From Puniceicoccaceae bacterium (GTDB lineage: Bacteria; Verrucomicrobiota; Verrucomicrobiia; Opitutales; Oceanipulchritudinaceae), in contig JBFOMH010000013.1 of assembly GCA_040830765.1 (NCBI GenBank), forward strand, positions 64,001-128,000: a stretch of 64,000 nucleotides of DNA, written 5' to 3'. The number at the start of each line of letters is the position of its first letter. Positions within the stretch are counted from its first letter, which is position 1. A program made the translations under genes and the position numbers. Under the pieces are notes generated by a model, which saw nothing but the letters and a program-made list of their open reading frames with translations, was not told where the DNA came from and searched no databases. Positions 28,266 through 37,269 of this stretch are shown here, piece by piece.

Positions 28266-28907
28266 TTACTTGCGCTTCCGGTAGATAACGAATCCGAGAG
28301 CCAACAGGCCACCCAGAAAGGCAAAGGTGGACGGCTCAGGTACGAGGACCAGAGACATGTCATCCAAGTAGAAGCCCTGCGGGTCAACCGCGGTGGAACC
28401 AAACTCGATGAAAATACCGAAAGGTTGGATCTTGGTAGTACCGGCTGGTGCGGTAGCTGTGATCGACATCGGGATCCATTCGCCGACCGGCTGGCCAGGG
28501 AACATCTGGAAGTCAGCACTGGCAGTTCCAGGACCGGCTTCAACAGTACCTAGATCAGTTCCAGCGTCATCGAAATAGCTGATTTGGATACCGCCGAAAA
28601 CCGTACCGGATTCCAAGGCGACGGGCATGTAGCCCCAACCCGTCAAGGTGTAGACTTCACCCGGTGCAGCGGGAAGTGCTTCGAAGGCACCAGGAACGTT
28701 GTCCTTGGTGTAGAACTTGCCGGAATAAGTACCGGTGCGGACGATTTCCGTAGAGAACTCTGCCCCGTTGAAGAATTCCCAGCCGCCAATACCGCCGGCT
28801 GCTCCGGGGGTGTTGGATTCGAATCCGGGATCGGAGAGGAGATTCTGAGCAGTAACTGAACCCCATGCGAGGGTCATCACACATAAGGTGGCGATTACTT
28901 TCTTCAT
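28266..28907 (-). CDS. PEP-CTERM sorting domain protein
   Basis: Signal peptide, NLLSDPGFE...YLDDMSL core, VPEPSTFAFLGG + TM + RKRK tail. Confidence 0.92.
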   Translation of the reverse strand: MKKVIATLCVMTLAWGSVTAQNLLSDPGFESNTPGAAGGIGGWEFFNGAEFSTEIVRTGTYSGKFYTKDNVPGAFEALPAAPGEVYTLTGWGYMPVALESGTVFGGIQISYFDDAGTDLGTVEAGPGTASADFQMFPGQPVGEWIPMSITATAPAGTTKIQPFGIFIEFGSTAVDPQGFYLDDMSLVLVPEPSTFAFLGGLLALGFVIYRKRK

Positions 28908-29041
28908 ATGTCTAATAAGTTGAGGGTTGATTAAGGGTTAAAAAACTTATCGAAATCTTGAATGAGATAAAATCCAACGGCCATCCAACCCCTCTGTCAA
29001 CCCTTATTAGTGCAATTTGGTGCGATTTTTTACGGGGGTAT

Positions 29042-29071
29042 AAAAGGGGCCGCCCCTTTTTGGAGCGGCCC
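29042..29071 (-). terminator. Probable terminator of amt
   Basis: GGGCCGC...GCGGCCC hairpin followed by T4 on the minus strand. Confidence 0.6.
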
Positions 29072-29099
29072 ACAAAGAATTATCTCGATTTGTAAAAAC

Positions 29100-30413
29100 C
29101 TAGATCTCGTAGCCCTGCTCGTCGTGCAGGTTAAGGTCGAGGCCGGAGACCTCAACATCCTCGGAGACCCGCAGGCCGATCGTGAGGTCCAACACCTTGA
29201 GGACGACGAAGGAGACGACCCCGCTCCAGACGATGGTGAAGAGGACGGACAGGGTCTGGGCCCAGACCTGGGCACCGACGCCAACGCCATCCAGCCCAAT
29301 ACCTCCCATGAAGGAGGCGGCACAGAGGCCGGTGAGGATGGCCCCGACAATCCCACCGATGCCGTGGACGCCAAAGACGTCGAGACTGTCATCGTAGCCG
29401 AATTTCTTCTTCACGCTGGTGGCGAAGTAATAGCAGAGGGCGCTGGAGACAAAACCGATAAGGACGGCTCCCAGGGGTCCGGCGGTACCGGAAGCAGGGG
29501 TGATGGCGACCAGGCCGGCAACGGCCCCGGTAATGATACCAAGGACACTCGGCTTCCCGTGTCGCATCCACTCAATAAACATCCAGGTGACGGCAGCGGT
29601 GGCAGTGGCGAAGTGCGTCACGAGGACAGCCATTCCGGCAACGCCGTCAGCCGCCAGCTGGGAACCGCCATTGAACCCGAACCATCCGACCCAAAGCATA
29701 CATCCGCCAATGACGGCCAGTGGCAAACTGTGCGGTTTGATGGGCTCGTTCGGGTAACCGGTCCGCTTGCCGAGCATGATACAGGAGACAAGGCCGGCGA
29801 TCCCGGCGTTGATGTGGACAACCGTGCCGCCCGCGAAGTCAAGGACGCCCCAGTCATGGAAGAGTCCCCCACCCCATGCCATGTGGCAGATTGGGAGATA
29901 GGAAAAAACGGTCCAGACGAGAAGGAAGAGCAGCATGGCGCTGAACTTCATCCGCTCGGCAAAAGCACCCACCACAAGGGCTGGCGTGATAATGATGAAG
30001 GTCATCTGGAACATGACGAAGACCGCCTCCGGAATTGTCCCGCTGACGGTATCGACGGACATGTGCTTCAGGAAAGCGAAGTCGAGCCCCCCGATAAATT
30101 TATTGAGTCCGCCCGGACCTTCCGAGAAGGCCAGGCTGTAACCGAAGGCCAGCCACAGAAGGGACATCACTCCGGCCATGGCCATGCAGTGCATCAGTAC
30201 ACTGAGGACGTTTTTCGCGCGCACGAGGCCGCCGTAGAAGAGCGCCAACCCGGGCAGGGTCATGAAAAGCACAAGGGCACAGGCGACAATCATCCAGGCC
30301 GTGTCGCCAGTGTTGATGGTCGGGATTTCAATCAATTCCTCGGCTTTCAGGGCCGAAGGGAGGGTGGCCAATGCAGTGGCCAGCATTGTTGGTTTCAACA
30401 AGGATTTCATCAT
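29100..30413 (-). CDS. amtB: Ammonium transporter
   Basis: PGLALFYGG, FQMTF, DFAGGTVVH, GWFGFNGGS, YDDSLDVFGVHG motifs. Confidence 0.96.
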   Translation of the reverse strand: MMKSLLKPTMLATALATLPSALKAEELIEIPTINTGDTAWMIVACALVLFMTLPGLALFYGGLVRAKNVLSVLMHCMAMAGVMSLLWLAFGYSLAFSEGPGGLNKFIGGLDFAFLKHMSVDTVSGTIPEAVFVMFQMTFIIITPALVVGAFAERMKFSAMLLFLLVWTVFSYLPICHMAWGGGLFHDWGVLDFAGGTVVHINAGIAGLVSCIMLGKRTGYPNEPIKPHSLPLAVIGGCMLWVGWFGFNGGSQLAADGVAGMAVLVTHFATATAAVTWMFIEWMRHGKPSVLGIITGAVAGLVAITPASGTAGPLGAVLIGFVSSALCYYFATSVKKKFGYDDSLDVFGVHGIGGIVGAILTGLCAASFMGGIGLDGVGVGAQVWAQTLSVLFTIVWSGVVSFVVLKVLDLTIGLRVSEDVEVSGLDLNLHDEQGYEI

Positions 30414-30463
30414 ACTGGTGTCATTGATGGTTAAACGATGTTAGTGAAAAACCCTTCCCATAA

Positions 30464-30480
30464 AGCAGGAAACGAGCCAA
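30464..30480 (-). promoter_or_regulatory. Putative sigma-54 (-24/-12) promoter of amt
   Basis: Minus strand TTGGCTCGTTTCCTGCT = GG-N10-GC, about 50 bp upstream of the amt start. Confidence 0.7.
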
Positions 30481-30631
30481 TCAGATCAGGGTGCTTCATA
30501 TTGGCGACCTCCGGGGTGAGCTGAGCAGAAATTGGCCAAAACTGGCCATTTCCGGGGTGGAAATTAGCCAACCCGGATGGCAATGGTGCTTTCGCTTGCC
30601 GCTGGGAAGCGGAGCCCCCAACCTGATGGGG

Positions 30632-31039
30632 ATGGAAGAGGTCATGTTCAGCTGGGAATCCGAAGTCCGCGACTACGAGTGCGACTTGCAGGGCATCGTC
30701 AACAACGCCACCTACCAGAATTACCTTGAGCACGCCCGCCACCTATTCCTCAAGGAGAAGGGGATCGATTTTGCCGAAGTCACGGCCCGGGGCATTTTCC
30801 TCATCGTGGTGAGGATTGAGATTGATTATAAAAGTCCGCTCAAGAGCGGCGACTCCTACCGGGTGGACTTGCGGGTGGAGCGGGTTTCCCGCATCCGCTT
30901 TGCCTTTGTGCAGGAGATTGTCCGGCTTAATGATGACAAGACCTGCATCCAGGCCCGGGTTATTACTTCCGCCATGAACGAACGCGGCCGGCCGATGTTT
31001 CCCCGGGAAATCGAAGACCTGCTCCCGGAAGCGGATTGA
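30632..31039 (+). CDS. Acyl-CoA thioesterase (4HBT/YbgC hot-dog family)
   Basis: VRDYECDLQGIVNNATYQNYLEHAR motif; start uncertain (30626/30632/30644). Confidence 0.88.
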   Translation: MEEVMFSWESEVRDYECDLQGIVNNATYQNYLEHARHLFLKEKGIDFAEVTARGIFLIVVRIEIDYKSPLKSGDSYRVDLRVERVSRIRFAFVQEIVRLNDDKTCIQARVITSAMNERGRPMFPREIEDLLPEAD

Positions 31040-31116
31040 GCCAGGACAACTAAACGGCACCCCGGCATCTGAACATTCCTCTGGAATGCGTCGTCCAATA
31101 CCGGTACATTGCCATT

Positions 31117-31761
31117 ATGCGAAATTTCCCGCGCTACATAGTTCCCGCTTTTCTTACTACCTGTGTGGTTGTGAGCGGCTTTTTCTGGCTCCGTGAGGAA
31201 GTCACCTCGCAAATCTACCGCAACAAATTGGAATCGATGGCAGCGGAGTACGCCGAACTCGCCGACCGCTATAACGATGCCGTGCGGCAGTCGGCGGTCA
31301 CCGAACTGGAAGTGACCGAAGACAGCGTGGCGGTCCTGATCCGGACCATTGACGGGGACCTCAAGCGCATCCCCACCCCATATGATCCGAAGGAGGAGAT
31401 TTTCGTCGATTACCTGGTCGGGAACGGGCGCATCTGGATCCGGCGGGTCTTTGATGAAAACACCGCTCCCGGGAACGGTCTCGTCATCGATCCGGTCTGG
31501 GAAGTGGTCGACTGGAAGGACAGCGCACTGAGCTATGGCAAAATTGTCTACCGTTCTCTTGAACCGGGCATCTGGTCGATCCAGGTCAGTGGCAACGGTG
31601 CCCTCAGCCTCGAGCCGGCCGCGGAATCCCATCCCGAGGCGCTGACGGCCGCCCCGGAACTCCGTTCATTCGAGGAAATCCAGCTTTCCCTTGATGCGGA
31701 AGTGCAGTCCATCACCCTTGCCGACTTGTGGGATTACTGCTGCGGACTCTTTGACGAATAA
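31117..31761 (+). CDS. Hypothetical membrane-anchored protein with coiled coil
   Basis: N-terminal TM followed by a helical segment; no recognised motif. Confidence 0.7.
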   Translation: MRNFPRYIVPAFLTTCVVVSGFFWLREEVTSQIYRNKLESMAAEYAELADRYNDAVRQSAVTELEVTEDSVAVLIRTIDGDLKRIPTPYDPKEEIFVDYLVGNGRIWIRRVFDENTAPGNGLVIDPVWEVVDWKDSALSYGKIVYRSLEPGIWSIQVSGNGALSLEPAAESHPEALTAAPELRSFEEIQLSLDAEVQSITLADLWDYCCGLFDE

Positions 31762-31800
31762 AAAAACGACCGCCGCACCTGGATCAAGGGTACGGCGGTC
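31760..31800 (-). terminator. Terminator hairpin between convergent genes
   Basis: GACCGCCG...CGGCGGTC stem; A tract on the left. Confidence 0.6.
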
Positions 31801-31847
31801 AACGAGATAAGGGAATCTGGAGTTAGTGAGATTCCGTTTAATGTACC

Positions 31848-33029
31848 TTACGGTGAGATTGGTTGCCAGGAAGCGGTGACGTAATCGTAGTACCATCCGC
31901 TCATGGCATTAATAAAGACCCACTTGTATCCTTTGGGGATGTAGGCAAAAAAGCCATCGGGAGTACCGCCCTGCTCGTAGACCCACATCCATTCGCCGTC
32001 CTTCATGCTGTAACTGAAGACCCACGGCCAGTGTTCGTCGGCAATCCAGCCCATGCGGCCCATGTAGCCGTGCCCGGCCGGACCCCGGGCAACCGAATGC
32101 CCCCACCATGAACCGATGGGAATGATGTCCATGGCTTTTTGTGCCAATACAGCATGAGTGGCAGTGGTTGGGTGGAAGCCATCCCAGGAAAGATATTCAT
32201 TGGGATTGGGAACAAGGGTTCCTGCGGTTAGATCCAAGGCCGGCATCCAGACCTCCACGAGGCCATAAGATCCCGGATCGGCTAACAATCCGCCATAAAG
32301 GGTCTCAATGTCGAGTCGCAGAATGGTCACCTTGTCGTAGGCGTTCTCAATCCGGTTCAAAGCCTGCTCAAGCCCGGCATTAAATCCATTGACCAGAAGC
32401 TCCAGCTGGGCTTGGGCCTCCGGTGGCTGGGACAATCCGTACGGGGTCAGGTGCAATGGCGGCATGTTCATGACAAGGAACATCCGCGCGCCCAGTTCAT
32501 GCAGGCCAACGATGCCACGGGCGATATTGGTCACGGAATTCTGAATATCCTCCCGCGTTACCGGCCGCTGCTCGGTTTCGATAATGCGGAGGAAATCATT
32601 GGGGCCGAACCAGACCGTGAAAAGTTGCCATGGCATCGGTCCCGGAATCTCCTCATTGGCGACCGCATTTTGCCACATGCGGATCTGGGCCCAGAAATTG
32701 GGTGTGTCCTGATCACTCAGGCCGGCTCCGGATTCAGCACCGCCAAAGGCAAAGTTTGTTCCTCCTGCAAGTGAAGGGCTGACATCGAAACCGTAGGCAC
32801 CAGCCGCGATCTCAATCCAAACAAGGCCGTTGGAAGCGCGGTTGTTGTAATAGGGGAACGGGTAATTGGGTGGGAGTGTGGGATCATCCCGGCCTTCTGC
32901 CCAAATGGCTGAATTGCCATTGGCCGAGAGACTGTCACCAAAGACAACAATGCTCTTAATGCCGGGTTTTGCCTGTACCCCCGCAACAATAAAGCAGCAT
33001 ACCGCTGCAAGGAGACATCTGTTAAACAT
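31848..33029 (-). CDS. Secreted SGNH/GDSL lipase/acylhydrolase with Trp-rich C-terminal module
   Basis: FGDSLS, RASNG, NFAFGGA, GPNDF, WDGFHPT motifs; aromatic C-terminal ~85 aa. Confidence 0.9.
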   Translation of the reverse strand: MFNRCLLAAVCCFIVAGVQAKPGIKSIVVFGDSLSANGNSAIWAEGRDDPTLPPNYPFPYYNNRASNGLVWIEIAAGAYGFDVSPSLAGGTNFAFGGAESGAGLSDQDTPNFWAQIRMWQNAVANEEIPGPMPWQLFTVWFGPNDFLRIIETEQRPVTREDIQNSVTNIARGIVGLHELGARMFLVMNMPPLHLTPYGLSQPPEAQAQLELLVNGFNAGLEQALNRIENAYDKVTILRLDIETLYGGLLADPGSYGLVEVWMPALDLTAGTLVPNPNEYLSWDGFHPTTATHAVLAQKAMDIIPIGSWWGHSVARGPAGHGYMGRMGWIADEHWPWVFSYSMKDGEWMWVYEQGGTPDGFFAYIPKGYKWVFINAMSGWYYDYVTASWQPISP

Positions 33030-33125
33030 AGTAGTACCTTTCTCTGGGGGATAGTACCCACTTGCAAGTGCAAGTCAACACAATCCAGATGGCCAGACTG
33101 GAGTCCTGTTCCGGAGTCCCGGCCG

Positions 33126-33878
33126 CTAAAACTGCACCTTGATACGCGCTTTGACAACAGTTGGCCGTCCATTACACCGTGGTGGCGCGAAGCGAAACTG
33201 CTCAACAGTCTGGTGGGCAGCATCCCTCAAAAACGGGTCATCTTCCTGATCAGAGCGGACGACCCTGGGGATCCCATCCTGATCAATATAAAATTCCACC
33301 TCCTGTTCGCCGGAGACGCGGTTTCCTGCCTCATCAATGAAGACGACCGGCTTCCCCTCGCTGATTAGCTTCAATGGTTCATCCAAGGCATGGCCTGGGG
33401 CCACCCGGAGACCGTACAGGCCGCCACTCATCCGGTTGAGCTTTATTTCAAGGTAAGTGGCCGGATCGAGATTGATAATTCCGTAGTAGCCAACCTCCCC
33501 CACCGGAACATCGACAACAATGTCAATCAGGACTGCTTCCCCATCCATCATTGCTGGTTGGAACCGAGCGGATTGGAAGGCGCGGTCAAGGGGCCGAATC
33601 AAATCGTAGTGCGGTAAGTCCAAGGCTACCCAGTCGATAACGGATCCTGACTCATCAATTCGTAAAATAACCGTTGCGGTGGCATCCGCATCAACCAAGT
33701 GGACAATGGTGTAGGGGATATTAATATGGAGGGGCCACAACAGCACGGGATCGATGATCTCGGGACCATCTGCGTTCCCGGCTGATGTGGCTGACTGCCC
33801 GCCTGTTGAAAGTATAAGGAAAATGAGCCCGGCAATCAGCAACCGGGCCAGACAGCGAAGACTGTTGCCCCTCCTCAT
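33126..33878 (-). CDS. TonB C-terminal-domain-like protein (two domains)
   Basis: N-terminal TM; two 'I-D-x-x-G...F-x-P...G' TonB_C-like units. Confidence 0.6.
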   Translation of the reverse strand: MRRGNSLRCLARLLIAGLIFLILSTGGQSATSAGNADGPEIIDPVLLWPLHINIPYTIVHLVDADATATVILRIDESGSVIDWVALDLPHYDLIRPLDRAFQSARFQPAMMDGEAVLIDIVVDVPVGEVGYYGIINLDPATYLEIKLNRMSGGLYGLRVAPGHALDEPLKLISEGKPVVFIDEAGNRVSGEQEVEFYIDQDGIPRVVRSDQEDDPFLRDAAHQTVEQFRFAPPRCNGRPTVVKARIKVQF

Positions 33879-33903
33879 TGGAACACCAGTAACTTATTGC
33901 AAA

Positions 33904-35040
33904 TCAGGCCTGGTGGCAACTGGAATCGGTGGAACTCACCGCGGCGGTGAAGGCAGCATCGTACCTTGGCGACAGGCGGGCCCAGTCATACCGGCCAACT
34001 GCCCCAGCCTGCTGGCATGGTTCCCGCCAGGCACCGGATTCAATCAGCGCGGAGATGCTGTCAACTGCCTCCTCCAGATGCTCGTAGAAGTACCGTTTGT
34101 CATCCAGATGCTCGGGATAAGCCAACCTTCGCGGAAGGACTGGATGATTACCGGTATATATAGCCTCCACCACACTACCGCCAAAGAAGTCCTGGATGCT
34201 GGTCACCGGCAGGATATCTGACCGCCAAAGCCAGCGGGCATAGTCGGCAAAGGCCTCCACGGGTCCATCATGGACAATAGCCGGGCCCAGTACCTTCCTT
34301 GTTTCGGCAAGGCCGGAAGGCTCCCCGGACCCGCGTTCGCCGAGGAGGGCCACTTCGAAAGTGAGACCACGCTGATGCAACTGCAGGAGAATCTGCAGGA
34401 AGGCTTCCGGACATTTGTCGAACTCCCAACGGTGGTTCCACAGGATCAGGGGAACGGCTTTGGTTTCCGGTCGCGAAGGGCGGTATTCGTCAAGGGCCCG
34501 GAGATCCAGTCCGAGCGGCAACACATCCGACTTCGCCACTATCTCGTCAACCGTTTCAAGGTTCACGGAGTCGGGATAACGTTTCAGGATTTCCGGCAGG
34601 GACGAGAGGAAACTGTCCTTGTGGTAGTGGGAATTAAAATACACCTTTTGTACGGCCAATGCACTGGTGTAATTGATCCAGCCGTAATGCAGGTCGCGGG
34701 ACTCCGTGACATCCGTATCCCGCGGGGAAACAGGATAGGAAATCTGGTTCTCGTGGAAATAGGCGACTACGGGAGTCCTGATTCCTGCCTGGCGTATCAA
34801 GGAAATAAATACAGCGACATCCATCATGTCACTGACGAGGAACAGGTCATACCGGGATCCCGAATGAATGACCTGCCGGGCCAGGGTCACCGCCGCCCCA
34901 TGCATCCTCCACTTCCAGTGACGAGCGGGCAGGGAAAGAATTTCGATATGGTGTTCAGAGTACTGTACCAGCCCGTCGGCCCAGCGTCGGTGGGATCCAC
35001 CGTACCAAGGCTCGAGCAACCCGATTTGCAACCCGCTCAT
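33904..35040 (-). CDS. DUF3524 GT-B glycosyltransferase (GTDC1/QTMAN-like)
   Basis: LEPWYGGSH, LPARHWKWRM, YFHENQISYP, FNSHYH, WNHRWEFDK, DFFGGSVVEA motifs. Confidence 0.85.
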   Translation of the reverse strand: MSGLQIGLLEPWYGGSHRRWADGLVQYSEHHIEILSLPARHWKWRMHGAAVTLARQVIHSGSRYDLFLVSDMMDVAVFISLIRQAGIRTPVVAYFHENQISYPVSPRDTDVTESRDLHYGWINYTSALAVQKVYFNSHYHKDSFLSSLPEILKRYPDSVNLETVDEIVAKSDVLPLGLDLRALDEYRPSRPETKAVPLILWNHRWEFDKCPEAFLQILLQLHQRGLTFEVALLGERGSGEPSGLAETRKVLGPAIVHDGPVEAFADYARWLWRSDILPVTSIQDFFGGSVVEAIYTGNHPVLPRRLAYPEHLDDKRYFYEHLEEAVDSISALIESGAWREPCQQAGAVGRYDWARLSPRYDAAFTAAVSSTDSSCHQA

Positions 35041-37211
35041 TTATCAAGGGCCCAGAAGAGGAAGGCATAAACATCCGCCTGTTCCTCCCAGATAGCACTC
35101 CGGGCAACGCCCCCATGCCCGGCCTCGAACTCCACCCGCAGAAAGAAGGGACCCCCCTCGTCATCGGCCTGCTGCAGGCGGGCCGCCATCTTGCCCGGCA
35201 TCCAGGGGTCAACCCGGGTATCGTTGTATCCGCAGGTTAGCAGGACCGGCGGATAACGCACCCCGTCCTGAACGCCAAAATAGCTGTCCATTGCGAGTAC
35301 GTATGGGAACTCCTCCGGATCGAGGGGGTTTCCATATTCAGGATAGTTCGCCGGGCCGTTGGCCCGCCGGTGATTCCGGACAGGGTTGTGGTTGCCCACC
35401 GAGGAAACAATGGCCCCGAACAAGCCGGGATCGGCTTGCATCGCCTTGCCAACAAGGACACCGCCCATGCTGCCTCCCTGCGCAGCAATGCGTCCGCGGG
35501 AAGTATACCCCTGCTCGATGAGAAATTCCGCGCAGGCATTCAAGTCGAGCCAGCTGTTGCGCTTGGTCTCCAAATGGCCGCCATCATGCCATGCCTTGCC
35601 CAGTTCGCCACCGCCGCGGACATGCGCCACCACAAAAACACCACCCCGCTCAATCCACGGAAGCCGTAACGGCCCGTAACCCGGGCGCAGGGAAGTACCA
35701 TAGGCCCCGTAACCCCAGATACGAGCTAGATTGGTTCCATCCAGCTGAACGGATTCATGGTGCACGACCGTCAGGGGTACCTTCACCCCATCGTGCGAGG
35801 GAACCATGTAGCGCTTCGTAACCATGCCTTCGGGGGCGTCAAACGGCCCCAGTGGACGCAAGTCACTCTGTTCCACTGTTCCGTCTTCCGGGTTGTAGCG
35901 GTAATAGGCGAAGGCGCGGGTCCACGAGGTCAGGGCAAGGTATGGATCCGGCATCCGGTAGTCGTTGCTGAGGATAGTAACCCGGCCCACCACTGGCAGG
36001 TCGACCATCTTGAAGACGGAACCGGGATCACCCAAATCTTTTGTCATGAGGAAATCGATACCTACTTCCATTCCCGTCACATAGAGCCTGCCTCCAAGCA
36101 CATTGATACCGGACAGAACCTTGTCGCTTTGCGGGAGAATCTCCACGATGCGCGACTTATCGAAACCCTCAATGGCAGCAGAGAGGACCTTACGCCTCGG
36201 GGCATCCTTGTGGGACAGCATGTAGAGCATGCCGTCGTGATAATCGACCGATTCAATGCCATCCTCCTTCGTGCAGATGTTCGTCCACACTGTCTCACTC
36301 GCCTTCGCGGGGTCAAAGTCCCTGGCCACGAAATAACTGTCTGCCCGTTCCACCCCGTGGGAAATTACCGCCATGGTGTAGGGACTGTCAGGAAGCGGAA
36401 ACAGATAAGCCGTATCCACCTCGCTCATCCCGGGAAGCGGCAGATTGTCGTACCAGACGACCAGCTCGTCCCGCCCAAGGTCGGTACCCAACTTGTGGAA
36501 CTTGGTATACTGGCGCTTATAGCGGTCGCCGGGATCCTGGTCAGGACTGTCCGGGCGCAGTTGGGTATAGTAGAATCCGCTCCCGTCCTGCAACCAGCCG
36601 GGATAGGACCGTACCCTCGGGATGGGCCCGTCAACCACTTCACCGGTTTCCACCTCAATGATATAAAGGTCCGGAATTTCCGCTCCTCCGGCCCCAATAG
36701 TCACCCCAACCAAATCGCCATCATAGGATGGCTGATAGCCCAATATCGAATGGATGGTATCCGTGGCGGCGAAATTGGCTGCGTCGGCCACCAAGCGACC
36801 CTCCCCGTCAATCCCATCACGGTAATACAACTTGCCGACCTCTTCCCCGACTTCCTGCTTAAGGTAGAAGAAGCGGTCAAAACGGCGATTGAAGGAGGAA
36901 ATTTTAACCGTCTTGGCTTCGTCAATCTCCTTGATACGCTCGTAGAGCTCATCTCGACCGGGCATCTTGCCAATCTGCTTGCGGGCAAAGGCATCCTGGT
37001 CCCGGAACCACTCCTCGTTGTCCGGGTCATTCTTGTCCTCCAGCCAGACAAAAGGATCCGGCAGGCGTACATTGCCATACTCGTGGACGACTTCCTTGAC
37101 CGGGGTTTTCGGGTAGCGGAGCTTCTTGGCTACTGAGGTCAGGGGAGCCAACAGCAGTCCGGCTGTTACAAGCATAAGGACGACACGACGGAATAAACTA
37201 ATACGATCCAT
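35037..37211 (-). CDS. Prolyl oligopeptidase (S9A), secreted
   Basis: Signal peptide; DPFVWLED, GYGAYG, RGGGELG; catalytic GGSMGG / DTRV / AGHG. Confidence 0.93.
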   Translation of the reverse strand: MDRISLFRRVVLMLVTAGLLLAPLTSVAKKLRYPKTPVKEVVHEYGNVRLPDPFVWLEDKNDPDNEEWFRDQDAFARKQIGKMPGRDELYERIKEIDEAKTVKISSFNRRFDRFFYLKQEVGEEVGKLYYRDGIDGEGRLVADAANFAATDTIHSILGYQPSYDGDLVGVTIGAGGAEIPDLYIIEVETGEVVDGPIPRVRSYPGWLQDGSGFYYTQLRPDSPDQDPGDRYKRQYTKFHKLGTDLGRDELVVWYDNLPLPGMSEVDTAYLFPLPDSPYTMAVISHGVERADSYFVARDFDPAKASETVWTNICTKEDGIESVDYHDGMLYMLSHKDAPRRKVLSAAIEGFDKSRIVEILPQSDKVLSGINVLGGRLYVTGMEVGIDFLMTKDLGDPGSVFKMVDLPVVGRVTILSNDYRMPDPYLALTSWTRAFAYYRYNPEDGTVEQSDLRPLGPFDAPEGMVTKRYMVPSHDGVKVPLTVVHHESVQLDGTNLARIWGYGAYGTSLRPGYGPLRLPWIERGGVFVVAHVRGGGELGKAWHDGGHLETKRNSWLDLNACAEFLIEQGYTSRGRIAAQGGSMGGVLVGKAMQADPGLFGAIVSSVGNHNPVRNHRRANGPANYPEYGNPLDPEEFPYVLAMDSYFGVQDGVRYPPVLLTCGYNDTRVDPWMPGKMAARLQQADDEGGPFFLRVEFEAGHGGVARSAIWEEQADVYAFLFWALDK

Positions 37212-37269
37212 GACGGAAAAGGAATGCCGGCAGGCCTGTTTTGCAAGTTCCCTCAGCCAATCAGTACTA

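Noticed and set aside
29010..30434. 474-aa plus-strand ORF
   Set aside because: Antisense shadow of amt; no motifs; expected in GC-rich coding DNA.
30491..30592. NtrC-binding sites upstream of amt
   Set aside because: Only weak partial matches to TGCACCA-N3-TGGTGCA.
35757..37136. 459-aa plus-strand ORF (likewise 12110-13261, 19294-20259 and others)
   Set aside because: Antisense shadows of clearly identified genes.
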